Source: Lama guanicoe
Lineage: Eukaryota
Direction of reading: 5' to 3'
DNA: 64,000 nucleotides
Assembly (NCBI GenBank): GCA_013239625.1
Contig: MU054187.1
Span: 14,728,974-14,792,973, forward strand
The translations under genes were made by a program, and so were the position numbers. The notes under the pieces were generated by a model. That model saw nothing but the letters and a program-made list of their open reading frames with translations, was not told the DNA's origin and made no database searches. Shown in pieces: positions 62,561 through 64,000 of this stretch. The first letter of the stretch is position 1. The number at the start of each line of letters is the position of its first letter.

Positions 62561-63899
62561 CTCCTCTTTATCTTTTGCTCTGAGAAGTTTGTGGCTTGTC
62601 TAGCTGTGGGTGCACATGCATTTGTGGATGAATGGTTGGGTCTTTGTGCCTGACATCCATGCAGCTGCTGCCCGTCCTCTCACACCTGCAGGGAGACTCT
62701 CATCTCCTGCCCCGCCCCTAATCTTTCTGTGAGCCCTTGGTGGGACCCATGGAGAACAACTTGAGAGTTACGTGCAAACTTCCTTTAGTGTGATGGGCCC
62801 CAGCTATTGCAAACTGCCACCCTAGCCCGCATTTGGCCTTTAGGAGTTCATTAAAGTCTACCTGATTTTTCTCACCTATCGGCATGATGGTCACCTCTTC
62901 CTCCTACACTTTGCTAGAGGTGAGACAGTTCATGAAACCATTTTTCCTCGGACAGGATTGTTTCTCTTTCGCATTTGGTTTACTTGTTTGTCTTGTGTTC
63001 TCAGCTTGTGATGAACTCAAGAAACAGGGGTTTTGTAGGTTTCTTGGCCTTTTCTCCTTGTTAGAGGAGGAGGAGTGATGTTCTTTGCAGCCTTCTACGT
63101 CCTAAGCAACACAAAGGAAGCAAAAGAAGGCTGCTTCAGCCAGAGTCACCTTTAAAATATGTAAATTCAACTGTCCTCTGCTTAAAATCTTCTGATTGCT
63201 TCCTGTCTCACTGAGAATATGATCCAAATCCCTTACTTCTGCTTACAAAACCCTGGAGGATGCGGCTCATACCGACCTTGTTGACCTCACCCTCCACTCT
63301 CCCTTTTCCTTACTGTGCGCCGGCCTATTTTCAGTTCCTGAAACACACCAAGTTACCCCTGCTTTAGGGTGTTTAGCTTAGTATCAGTCTTCTCTTTGGA
63401 TGTTTTTCTTTCTGATTTAAATGTCCAGCTTTCTTCTTTTTTAAGTCAGGCAGTGACTTAAATGACTGTCCCTTCCCCAGAGAAACCTTTTCTGACTATT
63501 TCTTCAAAGAAGCTGCCCAGTCAGTTGTTTTTCTATTGAGTTATTTTCAATCTTTGCTTTGCGTTTAACACTGAGATTTTCACCTTTATTGATTTATTGT
63601 TTTTTTTTAAACATTAGTAATGCTTTAAACCTGGGTAAGCAATTAAATTAAGATTGTTATCATTTATATATAAGCATATTTTGGAATCGACATCTGTAAT
63701 TAGTTAATATCTGCATCCTTTCCCTAAACCAGATAAGAATAGAGCCCACTTTTACGTCCACCGTCCTTTCCCAAACATTCCTGTCACAGTCCCACTTTCC
63801 TCCACTTCCCTAGCCACTGTTTTCCACGTCAACATCATTTGGAATTGTCACTTAGCAGTAAAGTTTTTTAGCTTTTCTTCACCATTTTAGAAGTATTAC

Positions 63900-64000
63900 T
63901 TGTTTCTCTTGGGTTAGATTTGTTTATTTGGTTTTGCTCGGGGCTGATTTTCCTATATTCTTTCAGATCATAAAATGTGGATGGAAAACTTCCTGAATCT
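63900..64000 (-). pseudogene. Candidate upstream exon truncated by the window edge
   Basis: Open frame DSGSFPSTFYDLKEYRKISPEQNQINKSNPRET ending ACAA|gtaata; phase 1 fits the 61663 acceptor; weak donor. Confidence 0.25.

Noticed and set aside
1..64000. Prokaryotic-type systems (CRISPR arrays, operons, IS elements) and rRNA
   Set aside because: The sequence is mammalian; no spacer-repeat arrays, dense ORFs or rRNA-like segments were seen.

Overview
Mammalian genomic DNA, most likely camelid, as inferred from five copies of a tRNA-Ala-derived SINE resembling vic-1 and from young L1 copies. Much of the window is interspersed repeat (L1, L2, Tigger1, ERV/MaLR LTRs, SINEs, hAT MITEs). I can find no intact protein-coding gene, and almost all ORFs in the supplied track look spurious or are L1 fragments. 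Two non-repeat structures stand out. (1) A multi-exon gene on the minus strand that the ORF track misses: nine exons between 43953 and 61679 with canonical AG/GT ends whose phases chain, plus candidate exons down to about 32770. They encode about 300 aa of a protein I do not recognise, disabled by several in-frame stops and a 2-bp frameshift, so this is a non-processed (possibly unitary) pseudogene. (2) A motif-dense Pol II promoter at about 19.7-20.1 kb (3x CCAAT, octamer, GC boxes, MYB cores, TATA-like element, Inr). It is followed by a non-coding first exon with a perfect donor at 20723 and points antisense towards the dead gene. There is also a CTCF-like site, an HNF1/CRE/NF-kB motif cluster, a possibly spliced L1 integrant and a small poly(A) retrocopy. 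Repeat family names come from recall of consensus sequences, not from a database search.
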